A model generated the notes under the pieces. It was not told where the DNA came from and searched no databases. It saw only the letters and a list, made by a program, of their open reading frames with translations. 64,000 nucleotides of DNA, from NCBI RefSeq assembly GCF_004010195.1, contig NC_057710.1, positions 144,196,899 through 144,260,898 on the forward strand, given 5' to 3'. This stretch comes from Chiloscyllium plagiosum (lineage: Eukaryota). Of this stretch, positions 63,317-64,000 are shown piece by piece (the first letter of the stretch is position 1; the number at the start of each line of letters is the position of its first letter). Made by a program: the position numbers and the translations under genes.

Positions 63317-64000
63317 ATAGCTTGTTGGGTTTTGTGTAAACAATGCCAATATAAGTTTCAGTACAAAATACTCCAGGAAAAAAACAAGGTACAGCAAAAA
63401 TTGTAAGTTAAACTATGGGAAAGAGATTGCTGGTTCTCACATATTTTATGATGATCTACAGACAGCCACTGACTATCTCACTAATTAAACCAGAGTCCTT
63501 TGCTTTGAAAGTTTATAAACACTTTCACATTTGCTCTTCTGTGTTGAGGAACTGAATCACTTCTGCTGTATTGTTCACCCCGAATATTCTAAATTGCTAT
63601 ATAATGACAACCTTTTGATTAATTCAGTAATAGACAGAATTTTATTGATTTTGGATACCTAAGGCATATTTTCTTTCTCAAGACAAATGCCCAATTCTGT
63701 TGCGGGAAGTTTTCAGTCACCCTTACATAGGGTTTAAAATCTAACTCCTCAAAAACAATGAAATCTTACACTGGAGCTAGCATAATTTCTCCTCGTTTCT
63801 CTCTGTACTTTTTAAAAAGTTATTACTTGCATTTTTAAGAATGTTTGATATTGCATTTTTATTCTTCTTATTTTCTTAGGGTTAGCAGTTAATAAAATTC
63901 CTCTTTCTCTTTCACTCAGGGAAATCTTGGTAACTGGCTCATTCATTTCTCAATGAACTATATTGTCATAGTGTGATGGCTTTTTTTTTAGATTAGAGTG

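Noticed and set aside
1-64000. CRISPR arrays, operons or prokaryotic defence systems
   Set aside because: The sequence is vertebrate-type repeat DNA with no regularly spaced repeat-spacer array and no dense ORF layout.

Overview
This is eukaryotic, repeat-dominated DNA with no recognisable host gene. The repeat mix (HE1/V-SINEs, CR1/HER1 LINEs, Deu-domain SINE relics, Penelope-like elements) points to a cartilaginous fish, probably a shark; that assignment is inference. The window holds about 17 V-SINE copies, many CR1 and CR1/L2-group LINE fragments, two decayed Gypsy LTR elements with both LTRs traceable, Harbinger-type Myb/SANT remnants, a TA-flanked MITE and several Penelope-like element (PLE) families. 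The most notable signal is in the PLEs. Their termini carry minimal hammerhead-ribozyme motifs, and three different PLE families each appear as a short (175-231 bp) near-perfect foldback insert with 13-14 bp target-site duplications, two of them folded exactly on the hammerhead helix-II loop. Several local templated duplications are also visible. All family calls come from recognising motifs by eye, not from database searches, and boundaries of old repeats are approximate.
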